Below are positions 1 through 11,819 of a stretch of DNA of 64,000 bases, one piece after another (within the stretch, counting starts at the first letter, position 1; each line of letters starts with the position of its first letter). The stretch is from Antechinus flavipes (taxonomy: Eukaryota), in assembly GCF_016432865.1 (NCBI RefSeq), contig NC_067403.1, positions 118,482,001 through 118,546,000 on the forward strand, read 5' to 3'. A program made the position numbers and the translations under genes. The notes beneath the pieces are model-generated. The model worked only from the letters and a program-made list of their open reading frames with translations. It was not told where the DNA came from and searched no databases.

Positions 1-420
1 GAAAAAGTTTAGGATATTCAAATGTCTCCGTACAGTTTAAGCCATTAAAGCTTAAGTTTAAATTGTACTGAGACTTTTAGGACACTGCGTATATTTGTCC
101 TTAAAATAGCATGACATGCTTTCATGTTTAATGTGCTTATTTTTATTTTTCAGAAAATATAAATAAATATTCATAAGATTTATAGATTAGACATATCCTA
201 TAAAATAAAATCCAACAAAATTTGAGTTTGCTTTTAAATAGAAAAAAAAACTTATGTTTCATAAACTGTCCATGAAATCCTAAAATTGTCATATAAAAGT
301 GAAAAATCCATCATTAACATTTACTTAAAAATAGATAGACCTTATCAGTACAAACTAGTTAGTTTGGATCAAAAATAGTAATAAATACTTTTATTAAAGA
401 ATATATACATGTGCATATTT

Positions 421-661
421 GTTATTGTTATTCAGTCAAGTCTGATTCTTCATGACCCCAGTTGGGGTTTTCTTGTCAAAGCTATTAGAATAGTTTGCCA
501 TTTCCTTCTTCAGCTCGCTTTATATATGAGGAAGCTGTGGGCAAACACAGATAGAGGCTTGTTCAGGATCACATAGCTAATAAGTGGCCAGATTTCAATT
601 CAGAAAGGTGAGTATTCTTGACTCTAGATGTAGTGCTCTATCCACTGCGCCATCTAGCTAC
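421..661 (-). mobile_element. Mar1-type marsupial CORE-SINE
   Basis: Reverse-orientation tRNA-derived head (ctctatccactgcgccatctagct), CORE, and RTE-type tail (catgaccccagttggggttttcttg). Confidence 0.85.
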
Positions 662-1666
662 TCACATATGTATATATTTATTTTAGGAGTGGTGTATAAT
701 TTATAATCTTAGAGAATCACTTTCCTATGGCCTGTGGCTTGTATTATAGTACTAGTTCCAGTATGTGTCAGGGGTGGGATTAGAATCCAAGTCTTTGTGA
801 TTAGGAAGATGGCTCCTAATACTTCTGACAAATAATATAGTTTAATTGAATCATGAATAAAATACTTTACCTGATCTGTTGTTTAGGGAGCTTAAAGATT
901 AATTGTTCTGAATAAATATAATTTAGCTTTTCTTCAATTTACATACAAAACATATTAGAATTATTTTGGTTTACAAATTAATACAAATTATCATTTGTAA
1001 TTAATAAAGAAGGTCTATTTGGACTTTGCAGAGTACTCTGTATGTTGTGGTCATTTCCATTTGACATAAAGAAAGATGAGAAGTGATTCCACATAAAATA
1101 TTCATGAATTAGACAAATGAAAAAAATAAGACATCAAAATTGACTTATATAAATGGCAGTTATGCATATTTATTTAAGTGTATGTTATAGAGGTCCATAA
1201 TTTTGAAACCTAGATATTCACAGTTTTGAAAGGGAACTCTACTCATTGCCACTTTTATATTTTCTCACAAATCATAGTTTACCTTGACATTAAAATTCAG
1301 TATTCATTCATTGAGCATTATGTCAGGTACTCTGAGGAAAACAAAGGTGAGTGTCCCTAGTCTACAAGAGAGAAAAAAGGCACTGAGAGATAAAGTGGCT
1401 TGTCCACATTCACATAGTTCATTATAAATTCTAATACGCTATCTCAAAATTAAATCAGTATATGGAACCTTAATTTATAGTGAGGAATACTAGAACATGT
1501 CTGTGGGGGGAAAACCACATAAAAATAACTAAAAATACAAAGTAGCACATGATTATGTTTAATGGAGGATAAACTCAAAAGATGCTTTCACATTACTTCT
1601 CATAAGTTGACTGTGGTTGGTTAGGGTTTCAGAGATCCAGATTCTGGTCCCTGACCTTTAGCTGTC

Positions 1667-1776
1667 CAGGTTCAGAAATCTTGTTTGATTAATTACTTGC
1701 TTGAAGTTGATACATCTCTAACAGGTTCAGAAATCTTGTTTGATTAATTACTTTCTTGAAGTTGATACATTTCTAA
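1667..1776. repeat. 55-bp tandem duplication, 2 copies
   Basis: caggttcagaaatcttgtttgattaattactt(g/t)cttgaagttgatacat(c/t)tctaa at 1667-1721 and 1722-1776, with 2 mismatches. Confidence 0.95.
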
Positions 1777-1792
1777 GAATCGAAATCAGAAG

Positions 1793-1795
<3 letters not shown>

Positions 1796-1839
<44 letters not shown>
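1796..1839. repeat. (AC)22 microsatellite
   Basis: Perfect AC run read directly. Confidence 0.95.
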
Positions 1840-1842
<3 letters not shown>

Positions 1843-1885
1843 CCTCTCCTAGAATGCAATTTTTTAAAATTTGTAATGGACATGT

Positions 1886-2137
1886 GGGGCAGCTAGGTGG
1901 CGCGTAGTGGAAGGAGTGCTAGACCTAAAGTAAGAAAGACTCATTTTTAGGAGTTCAAATTGGTTGCAGACACTTATTAGCCATGTGAACCTAGACAAGT
2001 CACTTAACCCTATTTGTCTCAGTTTTCTCATATATAAAATGAGCTGGAAATGGAAATGGCAAATACTCCAACAGCCTTACCAAGAAAACTCCAAATGAGG
2101 TCATAAAGTCATATATAACTGGAAACAGCTGTATAAT
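1886..2137 (+). mobile_element. Mar1-type SINE
   Basis: ggggcagctaggtgg head, aagtcacttaaccct CORE, caagaaaactccaaatgaggtca tail. Confidence 0.85.
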
Positions 2138-2439
2138 AAGATTTTCTAGTGATTGTCATATTCAAGCATTTTCTTACTGGCAACAAGCTTTCTGGGAATC
2201 TAAAAGTAATAAAAATATTGCTTAGTAATCTGCAAGTGAGTTCCTCGAAAACTCTGGCTTTCTATTTGCCTTTAATAGGAACCCAAGATTATATACAGTA
2301 ATAGTAAGCACTCAATAAATATTTGTCAACTAATTGACAGACTCACAAATCAAAAAATGGACAGGCTTGTCTTGCTAGGGTATGTCAGAGGCGGAAATTA
2401 TCTGATGCATTTGTTTTTTAAGTAGTTACTGGACTAGTG

Positions 2440-2655
2440 TATTCGAAGAATATTTTAGATATAATATTATTGGATTTCAGTGAGGCATTTGAGAGGGGCA
2501 ACTTTCCTATGATATCCTTGTGAATAAGCTGTAAAATATGGTATTTGTGATAATTCCCTTAGGTGACTTTAGAATTGATTGAATCAATGGATCCAGAGAA
2601 TGATGATTAATGAAATGAAGGTCTTTAATACAGTGCCACAGGTCTCTATATCATT
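2440..2655 (+). mobile_element. L3/CR1 LINE RT fragment
   Basis: gat ttc agt gag gca ttt gag at 2473 = DFSEAFE, resembling CR1 RT DFSKAFD; the rest is degenerate. Confidence 0.6.
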
Positions 2656-2872
2656 CTTTGCTTACTGAATCTGTTCAGGCTCATAGAAAAGTTACTTAGT
2701 ATGCCCAGGGTCACTTGGCAGCAAAAGTTTTAGGAAGGAAATGAACATAACTAATACTCTTTCCCTTAAGAGTTCATTGGCCTATCATAAAGTATTTCTT
2801 TTTGCTTTATGTCACTCAGAACTTACCCATCTCCAGGTTCTGCCACTGTTCTCCTTTTCCAGGGTTTGCTTT

Positions 2873-3028
2873 TTCTGTTTTGTTTTGTTTTGTTGAGCAA
2901 TTGGGGTTAAGTGACTTGCCCAGGGCCACCCAGGCAGAAAGTGTTAAGTATCTGAGGACACATTTGAACTCACAGGTCCTTCTGACTTCAGGGCTGGTGC
3001 TCTAGCTACTACACCAACTAGCTGCCCC
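2873..3028 (-). mobile_element. WSINE1
   Basis: Reverse-orientation short tRNA-SINE with ttggggttaagtgacttgcccaggg...aagtgttaagt...ctagctgcccc and a T-rich tail. Confidence 0.85.
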
Positions 3029-4450
3029 TCATTTTTCAGTTTTTAAAAGATGACCTTGAATATTTTAGCAAACCTGGCTGTCAATTCTTTTTGTATCCTG
3101 GGATGTAGTTCATCTTGTTTATGTGATTTGAATTCATTTGGATTCATGAAAAATATAACTATGAGAGAAAGAAGAAATTAACATCAGGAAAGGTCTGCAT
3201 CATAAAAATTAGGAGAAATCTGGGTTTGAAACTGATAGGTTGAGATCTTGAGCAAGTCACTTTACTGAACTTCTGCTTCAACTGAACAGCTGCAAACTTG
3301 GGATAATGCTTCATAAAGCTATTTTGAAAAAGTAAACCACAAATGTGACTTACTATTAAGGGCAGCTAGATATTCTTTGAGTTTTTGGAATTTTGGGTTC
3401 CCTATCAATCAACTGTTTAGCACTCTTCCAGTTTTAGAGATCATTCTTCTTGGTGGAAAAAACAGAAGCAAGAAACAAGGAAAATCAAATCTATTTTCGA
3501 TAGTTTACAAAGGTGAGGATTGATTTGGTTCAGAACTTAGCTAAAAAACACAGTATATATAAAAAGAGTAATATACTTTAAAGTAGAGAGCATTATAATA
3601 CAATTTATATTCCCAGAGTAATTTATGATAATTTTATTGACTGCTTACAACTAAATTTTTTTTCCTAAAATGATGAACAATCTGATATATTTAAGATCTG
3701 ACAGAACTAGCTACACAAGGTAGAATCTGTTATTCAAAGTAGAACTCCATGCTCCCACAGTGATATTACTGCAAGAATATTAGCAAATTCTTATTTTTCA
3801 ATCAATTTATCAAAGCAAACATTTGTTAATGTTTTAAACTAATATTAAGGCACTGCGCTAAGCACTGAGGCACTTTGAAAAAAACTTAATTACAAGTTTC
3901 TCTTTTTATTTTTCTTCATGTGATGCAGTTTGTAACCAATGGTTTGTTTTGTTTTATTTTGTTTGTTGCTTTAAGTGAACTTTAAAAAGTATTATATGCT
4001 AGTGAATTTATTGATAACGTTGGTAATATAAAAGCTGAGGTAACTTTCTTTATTTCTAAGGATTTAGAGATGATCTAATTCAAACCATTCACTTTATTGA
4101 TCTATGAGTCCTAGAAACACCTCATAAATAATAATATTAAAGTGAGGCCTAGAAGGATGAAGTAATTTGTCTAAGCCAGGGTTTGAACCCTTGGCTCATG
4201 GATTTTTGATGAGGTTTTAGTTATTGTTGGTTTTTGTTTTTGTTTTTTAATGGGCCATGTTGTATCCCAGTGCAGCTTGGATTCAGATTATTTGAATGAC
4301 ACATTAGGGGCAGGGATAGTCCTGGGACTGTATTTGATTTCATTAATAGAGTGAATTTCTGGATGAAGAAGCTCTCTCTAAACAATGCAAGTTAACATTG
4401 TCTCTGCATCTTATACTCTTAGAGAACTACTTAGAAAACTGAGAAGTTAG

Positions 4451-4700
4451 GTGGCATAATGAATAGAATGCCTGACCTCAAAGTAAGGAATACTCATTTT
4501 CCTTAGTTAAAATCTTTCCTCAGACACTTACTATCTGTGTAATGCTGAACAATTCATTTTAGCCTGTTTACCTTAGTTTCCTCATCTATAAAATGAGGTG
4601 CAGGAAGAAATGAGAAACTATTCCATTATCTTCCCCCCCCAAAAAAAAAAAAACCAAATAGGATCACAAAAAGTCAAACATGACAGTTGAATGATAGCAG
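4451..4700 (+). mobile_element. Mar1-type SINE nested in the MdoRep1-like element
   Basis: gtggcataatgaatagaatgcctgacc head, cttagtttcctcatctataaaatgag CORE, ccaaataggatcacaaaaagtc tail. Confidence 0.75.
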
Positions 4701-4708
4701 TAGCAGCA

Positions 4709-4790
4709 AGTAACTTGTATATATATATATGTATATATATATATATACATACATACATATATATATATGTATATATGTATATATATAGCT
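4709..4790. repeat. (TA)n/(TACA)n simple repeat
   Basis: Read directly. Confidence 0.9.
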
Positions 4791-4861
4791 AATATATGTA
4801 AGAAGTGAAATTTGAACTTAGATCTTCCTAAATTCAAGTCCAACTACGTGATATTGCTTCT

Positions 4862-5255
4862 ATTTTTTCAATAGTATTTTATTTTTCCAAATACATGTAA
4901 AGATAGTTTTCAATATTTATTTTTGTAAGACTCTGTGTTCTTTCTATACTTCTCTCTCTTCCTTTCTTACTTCTCCACACACTGAGACAGCAAACAATTG
5001 GATATGGGTTATCAAGTATCAAAGTACAATCTTTTAAAATATATTTCCATATTTGTCACATTGTGAAAGAAAAATAAGACCCAAAGAGAAAAAAATACAA
5101 GAAAGAAAAACAAACAAAAATGAAAATCCTGTGCTTCAATCCACACTTAGTCTTCTTTAGTTCTCTGTCAGCATGTGATTGGCAGTTTCCATTCCAAGTC
5201 CATTGGAATTGCCTTGAATCACCACATTGTTGAGAAAAGGCAAGTCCATCACAGA
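4862..5255 (-). mobile_element. L1 3' end fragment
   Basis: Antisense marsupial L1 3'UTR (atttttccaaatacatgtaaagatagttttcaat ... ccattggaattgccttgaatcaccacattgttgaga). Confidence 0.8.
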
Positions 5256-6224
5256 TTCTGCTTCTCTTAATGGTATATTAACTGATTTTTAAAATCATGC
5301 TTCTAAAATTCCTGGAAATATTGAGGTAGTCTCATATGATAAAATAAAAATTCTGAAAATTTGGTTCATTCAGAAACCAAAAAGTAATCTCTAACTTCTA
5401 TCATCTGCCGCAGTCCTTGTGGCAGTCCTTGTTGTATTTGTTTTACCCATCTCTTTTTTTGGTAATTTCTTTGAGAATAGAATGTGCCCAAGAAGAGCAA
5501 ATAATAATTCACATTGAAGATGATTAATCCTTGATGACATAGCCAATGTCTTTTTATGAAGTAGATACAGAAATAGCCATACGATTTGGTTCAAATCTTG
5601 CCACAACTATTAAATTTGACTGGGAAAATCAATTTATCTTTACATTGAGCTAATAAAACCTCTGCCTTTTTTCTTGGATTTGAATGTCTTACAAATTTGC
5701 TGGTTAATGGCTTTGGAAGCTATGAGACTCTGACTGAACCCAGTATAGCTTAAATCACTATCCTGCACTGAAACATTATGGACAGAGTTACTTTGACCAC
5801 TCAAACAGCCAATCAGATCTCTACACAGGAAATCAGTCCTTTAGTGATGAACAATGGATTTGGTAATAAAATAGCAAATAGCTTATACTTTGGAGAGACA
5901 TAATCTATTAAGCATTATTTAGAGAACATCTCAGAACTGTTTTATTCTCATGTAGTCTTAACTAGCATCTTCATCGAACATAAACCACAAGGATGCTCAT
6001 GGAATTTCCTGAATCTTAAAACAATTCTTTTTCTATCAAAGACTTTTAAAAGTACTTAGGATTACTTGAAAATAACAGACACTATTTTCCTGGGATATCT
6101 TACTGTTTTGTTTTGTTTTTTTAAACAGTATTCTTCCTTTATAGATTAAAAGTAACTGGGTTAGTTTAAGGCCATACAAACATCCTGTTTTAATTTAGTT
6201 TGTTGATAAAAAATATTTTTGATA

Positions 6225-6354
6225 GGAGCAGCTAGGTGGTACAGAGGATAGAGCACTAGCCCTGAAGTCAGGAGGACCTAAGTTCAAATCTGACCTCAAA
6301 CACTTAACACTTCTAGCTATGTGACTCTGGGCAAGTCAACTCACCCCAATTGCC

Positions 6355-6385
<31 letters not shown>
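6225..6385 (+). mobile_element. WSINE1 with an (ATAG)n tail
   Basis: ggagcagctaggtgg...cacttaacacttctagct...ccccaattgcc followed by about 7-8 ATAG units (6355-6385). Confidence 0.88.
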
Positions 6386-6412
6386 TAAATTAGATATAAG
6401 AGTCTAGTTCTT

Positions 6413-7137
6413 CTATGCCCAAAAGGTTATCAAACTATGCAGACCTTTTGATCCAGCAGTGTCTCTACTGGGCCTGCATCCCAAAGAAATCATAAAAAAG
6501 GGAAAAGGACCCACATGTGTAAAAATGTTTGCAGCAGCCCTTCTTGTAGTAGCAAGGAACTGAAAACTAACTGGATACCCATCATTGGAGAATAGCTGAA
6601 TAAGTTTTGGCACATGTATATTATGAAATATTATTTTATAAGAAATGATCAGCAGGATGATTTCAGAAAGGCCTGGAGAGACTTACATGAATCGATGATA
6701 AGTGAAGTGAGTAGAATCAAGAGAACATTATACATAGCAACAACAAGATTATATGATGATCAATTCTGATGGATGTGGCTCTTTTCAACAGCAAGATGAT
6801 TCATGCTCCAACAGACTGGTGATGGAGAGAACCATCTGCATTCAGAGAGAGGACTGTGGGGACTAAATGTGGATTACAGAATAGTATTTTCATTTTTATT
6901 GTTATTTGCTTGCTTTTTGTTTTTCTCATTTTTTTTCCTTTTTGATCTGATTTTTCTTGTACGGCATGATAATTGTGAAAATATGTATAAAAGAACTGCA
7001 CATGTTTAACATGATTGTATTACTTGCCATCTAAGGGAGGGATAGGGTTAGGGAAGGAGAAAAAATTTGGAACACAAGGTTTTGCAAGGATGAATGCTGA
7101 AAATTATATATTTTGAAAATAAAAAGCTTTTTTAAAA
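6413..7137 (+). mobile_element. 5'-truncated L1 (ORF2 C-terminus plus 3'UTR) with TSDs
   Basis: Translates YAQKVIKLCRPFDPAVSLLGLHPKEIIKKGKGPTC (L1 ORF2 C-terminus) with stops downstream; exact 12-bp TSD agtctagttctt at 6401-6412 and 7138-7149. Confidence 0.92.
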
Positions 7138-9164
7138 AGTCTAGTTCTTTAAGATGATAGTTACAATTACATAGATTTATATATAATTGATTCTGAATAG
7201 TTTACTTACCTTCCCTGGTTTTCTGTTTCTTTATGAGTAAAATAAGGGAATTAGACAAGACAATCTCTCAATCATTTCAGTTCTTATATATCTATGTGCC
7301 CATGATTCTATTAGTGATCTTGAGAATGTAATAATTTTGATTAAAGTATTTGCATACATCTGTTTTTATAGACTGATTTATTTGGGCTATTCTCAATAAT
7401 CCAAGTAAAATTATAGACCTTTTGCATTAGCATTAGAGGTGAAATAAGATAGCTAAACTCTAGAGACAAGGTTAAAAAATTTTGCTCTTTACAGTGAGAC
7501 ATAAAGCCTCCTTTAGGTTAGGTTTAGGTATCCACACAGATCATCTCATTATATAGACATCTCATGAGATGGCATGGATAAATATTTCTAGAATCTGGGA
7601 CCAGGCTGATCACTTCCAAGGAAAACTGCAACTTCTGTTCTGGAATTTCCAAGGCCGGATACTTTCTCCTTGCCTTTCCTATCAACAAATTAGAAGGTTA
7701 GAATTCCAATTATCTGTACCCTTTCCCCAATATTGGTGGTAAAGATTCAGAACAGAAATTGCTTCTGGGGCTGGTCTTAAGGAAAAAGGTTATCCTTAGC
7801 TTATACTTGAAGTTTAGCTCCTTCCCACCAAATGCCTTTTTACTACCATTTACAAATAATGGTAGCAAGTATATTCTTTTTTCCAATCAAAATAGCAAAC
7901 AGAAATCAGAGTTCTATAGACTTGAACCTGCCAGAATTGGAATACACATGAAATTGTTAAGTTTTTAGCTGGGGACAAGATGAAATCATCGACCATAAGA
8001 GAAAGCCTAATCTTCCCTAGTGAGGTCCATTTAAGGAGGCAGATTGAAGCAGGGACATTTGGGGAGCCACTATATAATGCAGATTTTCTTTACTTATTTC
8101 TTCTGAAGAGTCTCAAATCAGAAGCCTAGGGACTATATGCATCCTTTGCTCACTTATACAGTAACACAGTCAGCTTTCTCCCTGCCATCCACAGTCACAT
8201 TTCCTTCTTCAAGCAGTACCCAAAACACTCCTAAATACAGTGACAAAATAGACAGAGGATGGTTTGACATGCACAATAGGCTTGATGAGTCAAGTCCATC
8301 AAATACTGATTCTAGACCTGATAATCTTGGTCAACATTTCTGGAATATTCTTATCGAACTCTATTTTTGACCGAACTAAGTTTTATGTACATATAGAACA
8401 GCCTAATAAAATTATTATGCATTAACATTTATTGTCTTTGTAATTTCCTAATAACTTCTTTGGTCTTGTCTTTTGTGTAAATTAAATATATTTATCTGGT
8501 AAAATAAATAAAACTGCTTATTTTAGAACTTCAGTAGCATTAGCAGTTTTTGAAGCAAATATAAAAGGCAAGTTCAATAAGCAATGTATATTTGTTTATT
8601 GAATTTTTCATTTAAAAATTGATTCAAGGAAATATAAAATATATATTATGAATAGTTTTTAATAGATTTTCCCCTCATTTTTCTTGAACTTTCATCATTT
8701 TGCATTTTTGATCTCTTGTTTTAGACCACATTAAATGTACCTCACAACAAATAGTATAAGGATATTGACTCAGAATCTTTTTATTAAAAACAAATATCAA
8801 TCACCTAAGAACCTGAGAAAACTTCAGATTTTTAAAAGCCCGAGTTCTATAGCTTTGAAAAAAACAAAACAAAAGTTTATTTGAGGACCATTTCCTTAAT
8901 CTCTACTACCTACTCCCATCTCTTTTAGAATTGATGGGCCTTCATAATGATCTGTTGTTACTGTTGTTTTTATGCAGACATTTTGTTTCATTGTTGGGAA
9001 CTCATAGTGTGAAAGCTCCCTACACCAGTGAAGATGAGCAATGTCTATAATTTCTTAATTTTGTTGTGCAACCAGTATGTGTCAGAAGCTAGGACATTAG
9101 ACTGTGTCTGGATAAATAGAATACATGAAAAGTTGAAACAATTTTCTGAATCATTTGTCTATTT

Positions 9165-9360
9165 GACCTTTTTTAGGCTATATTATGATCCTCATTTTAC
9201 AGTTGAGGAAATTGAGGTAAGTAGTAGTGGTGAAGTGATTTGTCCAGCTATGTATGTATATGTGTATGGATAGCTTGTCCATATAGCTAAGAGGTATTAA
9301 GATTAGATTTGAATTCAGGTTTTCTTGACTTCAAACCCAGGGCTCAATCCACTGTGCCAT
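9165..9360 (-). mobile_element. MIR-family SINE
   Basis: cattttacagttgaggaaattgagg CORE and gatttgaattcaggttttcttgact...tccactgtgcc head in reverse orientation. Confidence 0.7.
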
Positions 9361-9699
9361 GAATGCTCATGCCAGGTCTAAATATCCCATGGAACTAAGC
9401 TTCCTCCAAAATCTTGCGACCTGAGATTCCACTCTCTGAATACAATATTGTATCTTTTTCTACTTCTTCTGTTCTTACCTCTGCAATAACTCTTTGTTTT
9501 CTTTTCACCCCTGTCCAATCTAGTTTTTATCCTTTGGTATCCCAAGGTGATTTTAGTCTCTCCTTTGCTTTTAATATGAATTGTCCCCTTTATTCTTCTC
9601 TTCCTTTATTGTTGATCCCCAAACCTAAATAACCTCTACTATCTTCCCCTCTTCCTTATACTCTACTAGGAAAGGAAACCTTGAAACTTTGACAGAGAA

Positions 9700-11560
9700 C
9701 ACCATAAATTCATGGTCCCACACAATAACTGGGCTTCATTTAATTATTTTAGATTTACTCTCTATCTTATTCATCATATTAGCCATCAGTTTGTGTTCCA
9801 ACTCTTCTTCACGCCTCATAATTTTCATGGATTCTCCCTGGTTTTCTCTATCTCTTTACTATAACTTTTGACATCACCACTCAACTGAAAACTTCTCTCC
9901 AAAGTTGTCAATGAACTCCTAATACTAAACTTGTCCTTTTCTGTTGGAATACACGGGAGCTGTTGGAATACACGGGAGTCACCTGACAGTGGATGCTGGA
10001 AATCCAACCTAAATCTACAAAATTGATCTCCTCTTTGTGAGAAGATGATACAAGAAGACTGAGAGGCAGTTGTTGTTCTCTGATCTCTTTGACTGAGATG
10101 CCATTGCATTGTCTGACCTCTCTCCTCTTCCCTCTACCTCCAATTTATTTCATTCCCAGTCTGTATCACCTGTGTCAGCAAAGGCTGCTTTGCAACTCCT
10201 TCAGATGTTATGATCCACAGCTGTGGAAGCTCTCAGAGAATTGATCTGTCCTTTAACAATTCCCCAGTTTTTGTTTTTTGCTGTTATTTTCCCCCCACAA
10301 CATGGTCCACACACTGAGGAATGCAAATAGCACTATCAACTCTGGTTGCTTGTAGTAGGTGTTATCTTATAATAATATCATGGAGGCAAACTTTCAAAGA
10401 GAGAAGAGGACTGTAGTCAGAATAGGCATTTAAGTCTTTCTTCAGTATCCTGGCTTGTTCCTTTGATGTGCTGGCCCATTTAACTATCCTGACTAAAAAA
10501 GTTTTACTGAGGCTCTTCTTCCTTTCCTTCCCTACTGGTTACCGAAGGAACTCTGGAAGGATCCTACTCACAAACAGCTCTCGGATGCTGCTTCTTCTTG
10601 TATGTCTCACATTCAGGCGCCACTTCTTAATGCATCTGCTACATTTGATCTGCAGACCACTCTCTTCTATATATTTCCCAGGTTTTAAATACACACTTCT
10701 TTCCTGGTTTACTTCTCACCCAACTGATCATTCTTTCTCAGTCTCTTTGGTCCATCATCCATCATGCCCTTTAGTTGTAGGTGTTCCCCAAAATTCAGTC
10801 CTATACACTATTTTCTCCTTTTTCTCTTTCTTTCTGACTTTCCCTTCTCTGCCCTTTCCTCTCCCCTCTTCTTTCCTCTTCCTCCCTTTCTCTTTCCTTC
10901 TTTCTTCTCCCTTCTTTCTCTTTTCCTTCAATTGCTATGAGTTTAATTATTTTTATGCAGATGACTTTTCATATATATAGTCAGTCTCAGTTTCTCCCCT
11001 GAGCTTCAGTCTTGTATCATGGAATAGATATTTCAAATGGATTATCTCAAAGACGTCTTAAACAGGATGTCTAAAATTTTTCCCAAACTCTTCCATCTCC
11101 CAAACTTGTATGTTTTGGTTGAAGGTACCCACAATCTCCTGAGTCCACAATTTCACTCCCAGCTCACATATCCAATGAGTTACCTAATCTTTCCTTTTCT
11201 AATTACATAGCATTTCTCACATTTGATTCCTCTCCATATACAGTTTCACTTAAGTATAGATCCTTATACTCTTTCACCTAAATTGTTGCAGCAGCCTCTT
11301 AATTTGTCTCAAATTTTTCAGTCTATCCTGCACATTCTTGTCAAGGCAATTTTCTTTGTGACTTTACATCCTCTTGATTTTCTTTTTGGATTACTCTTAC
11401 CTCTCTGATCATTCCTTTTTCCTGTCCTTTGTCAGGTCCTTGACTACCTCCTATCCAATATGCCCACTCTCAGGCTCTTCTTCATTAGGTGGTACCACAT
11501 CCTGTCCCATAGCTTCAGTAAACCTTTCAATGCATATAACCCCAAGTTATCTTTTTCCAA
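9700..11560 (+). mobile_element. L2 LINE ORF2 fossil (linker plus RT domain)
   Basis: LLNASATFDL (about 10623), LSWFTSHPTDHSFSVSL, VGVPQNSVL and YADD (10954-10965) match L2/CR1-clade RT motifs LDLSAAFD, GVPQGSVL and YADD; frameshifted and degenerate. Confidence 0.85.
10815..10930. repeat. CT-rich low-complexity tract inside the L2 RT
   Basis: Polypyrimidine run read directly. Confidence 0.9.
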
Positions 11561-11819
11561 CTCTTCAGTAAGCTTAAACCCACCAGCTCTGGATCTGCTT
11601 GTTGGATATCTTCAATGAATGAGCATCCAAAGGTTTGAAAATTAACAAAGACCTATAAAAGGACAACAAAAGAAATGATCAGAGATGTAGATGTAATCTC
11701 CAGTAGCAATCTGTCCAGAACTGAAGTTATCAACTTCTTCATAATGTTTTGTTCTTTTTACCTTAGCCTTCTTTATGCTCCATGGCTCAAGTGATTTCTT
11801 TCTATATATTTACCTGCTA

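Larger units (their letters stand above)
4300..4860 (-). mobile_element. MdoRep1-like SINE, interrupted by a Mar1 and a (TA)n run
   Basis: gatttcattaatagagtgaatttctggatgaagaagctctc...cttatactcttagagaact before the Mar1; it resumes aagtaacttg...gaaatttgaacttagatcttcct after it. Confidence 0.55.

Noticed and set aside
1340-1352. Plus-strand donor AAG|GTGAGT
   Set aside because: Embedded in an antisense L2 tail fragment with no acceptor or frame upstream.
7200-7215. Perfect minus-strand donor AAG|GTAAGT
   Set aside because: Falls in a degenerate MIR/MIR3 CORE (tttacttaccttccctgg is equivalent to gtcacttaacctccctgg); no supported exon.
10468-10980. 170-aa ORF, the longest gap-free one
   Set aside because: Frameshifted L2 RT fossil padded by a stop-free CT tract.
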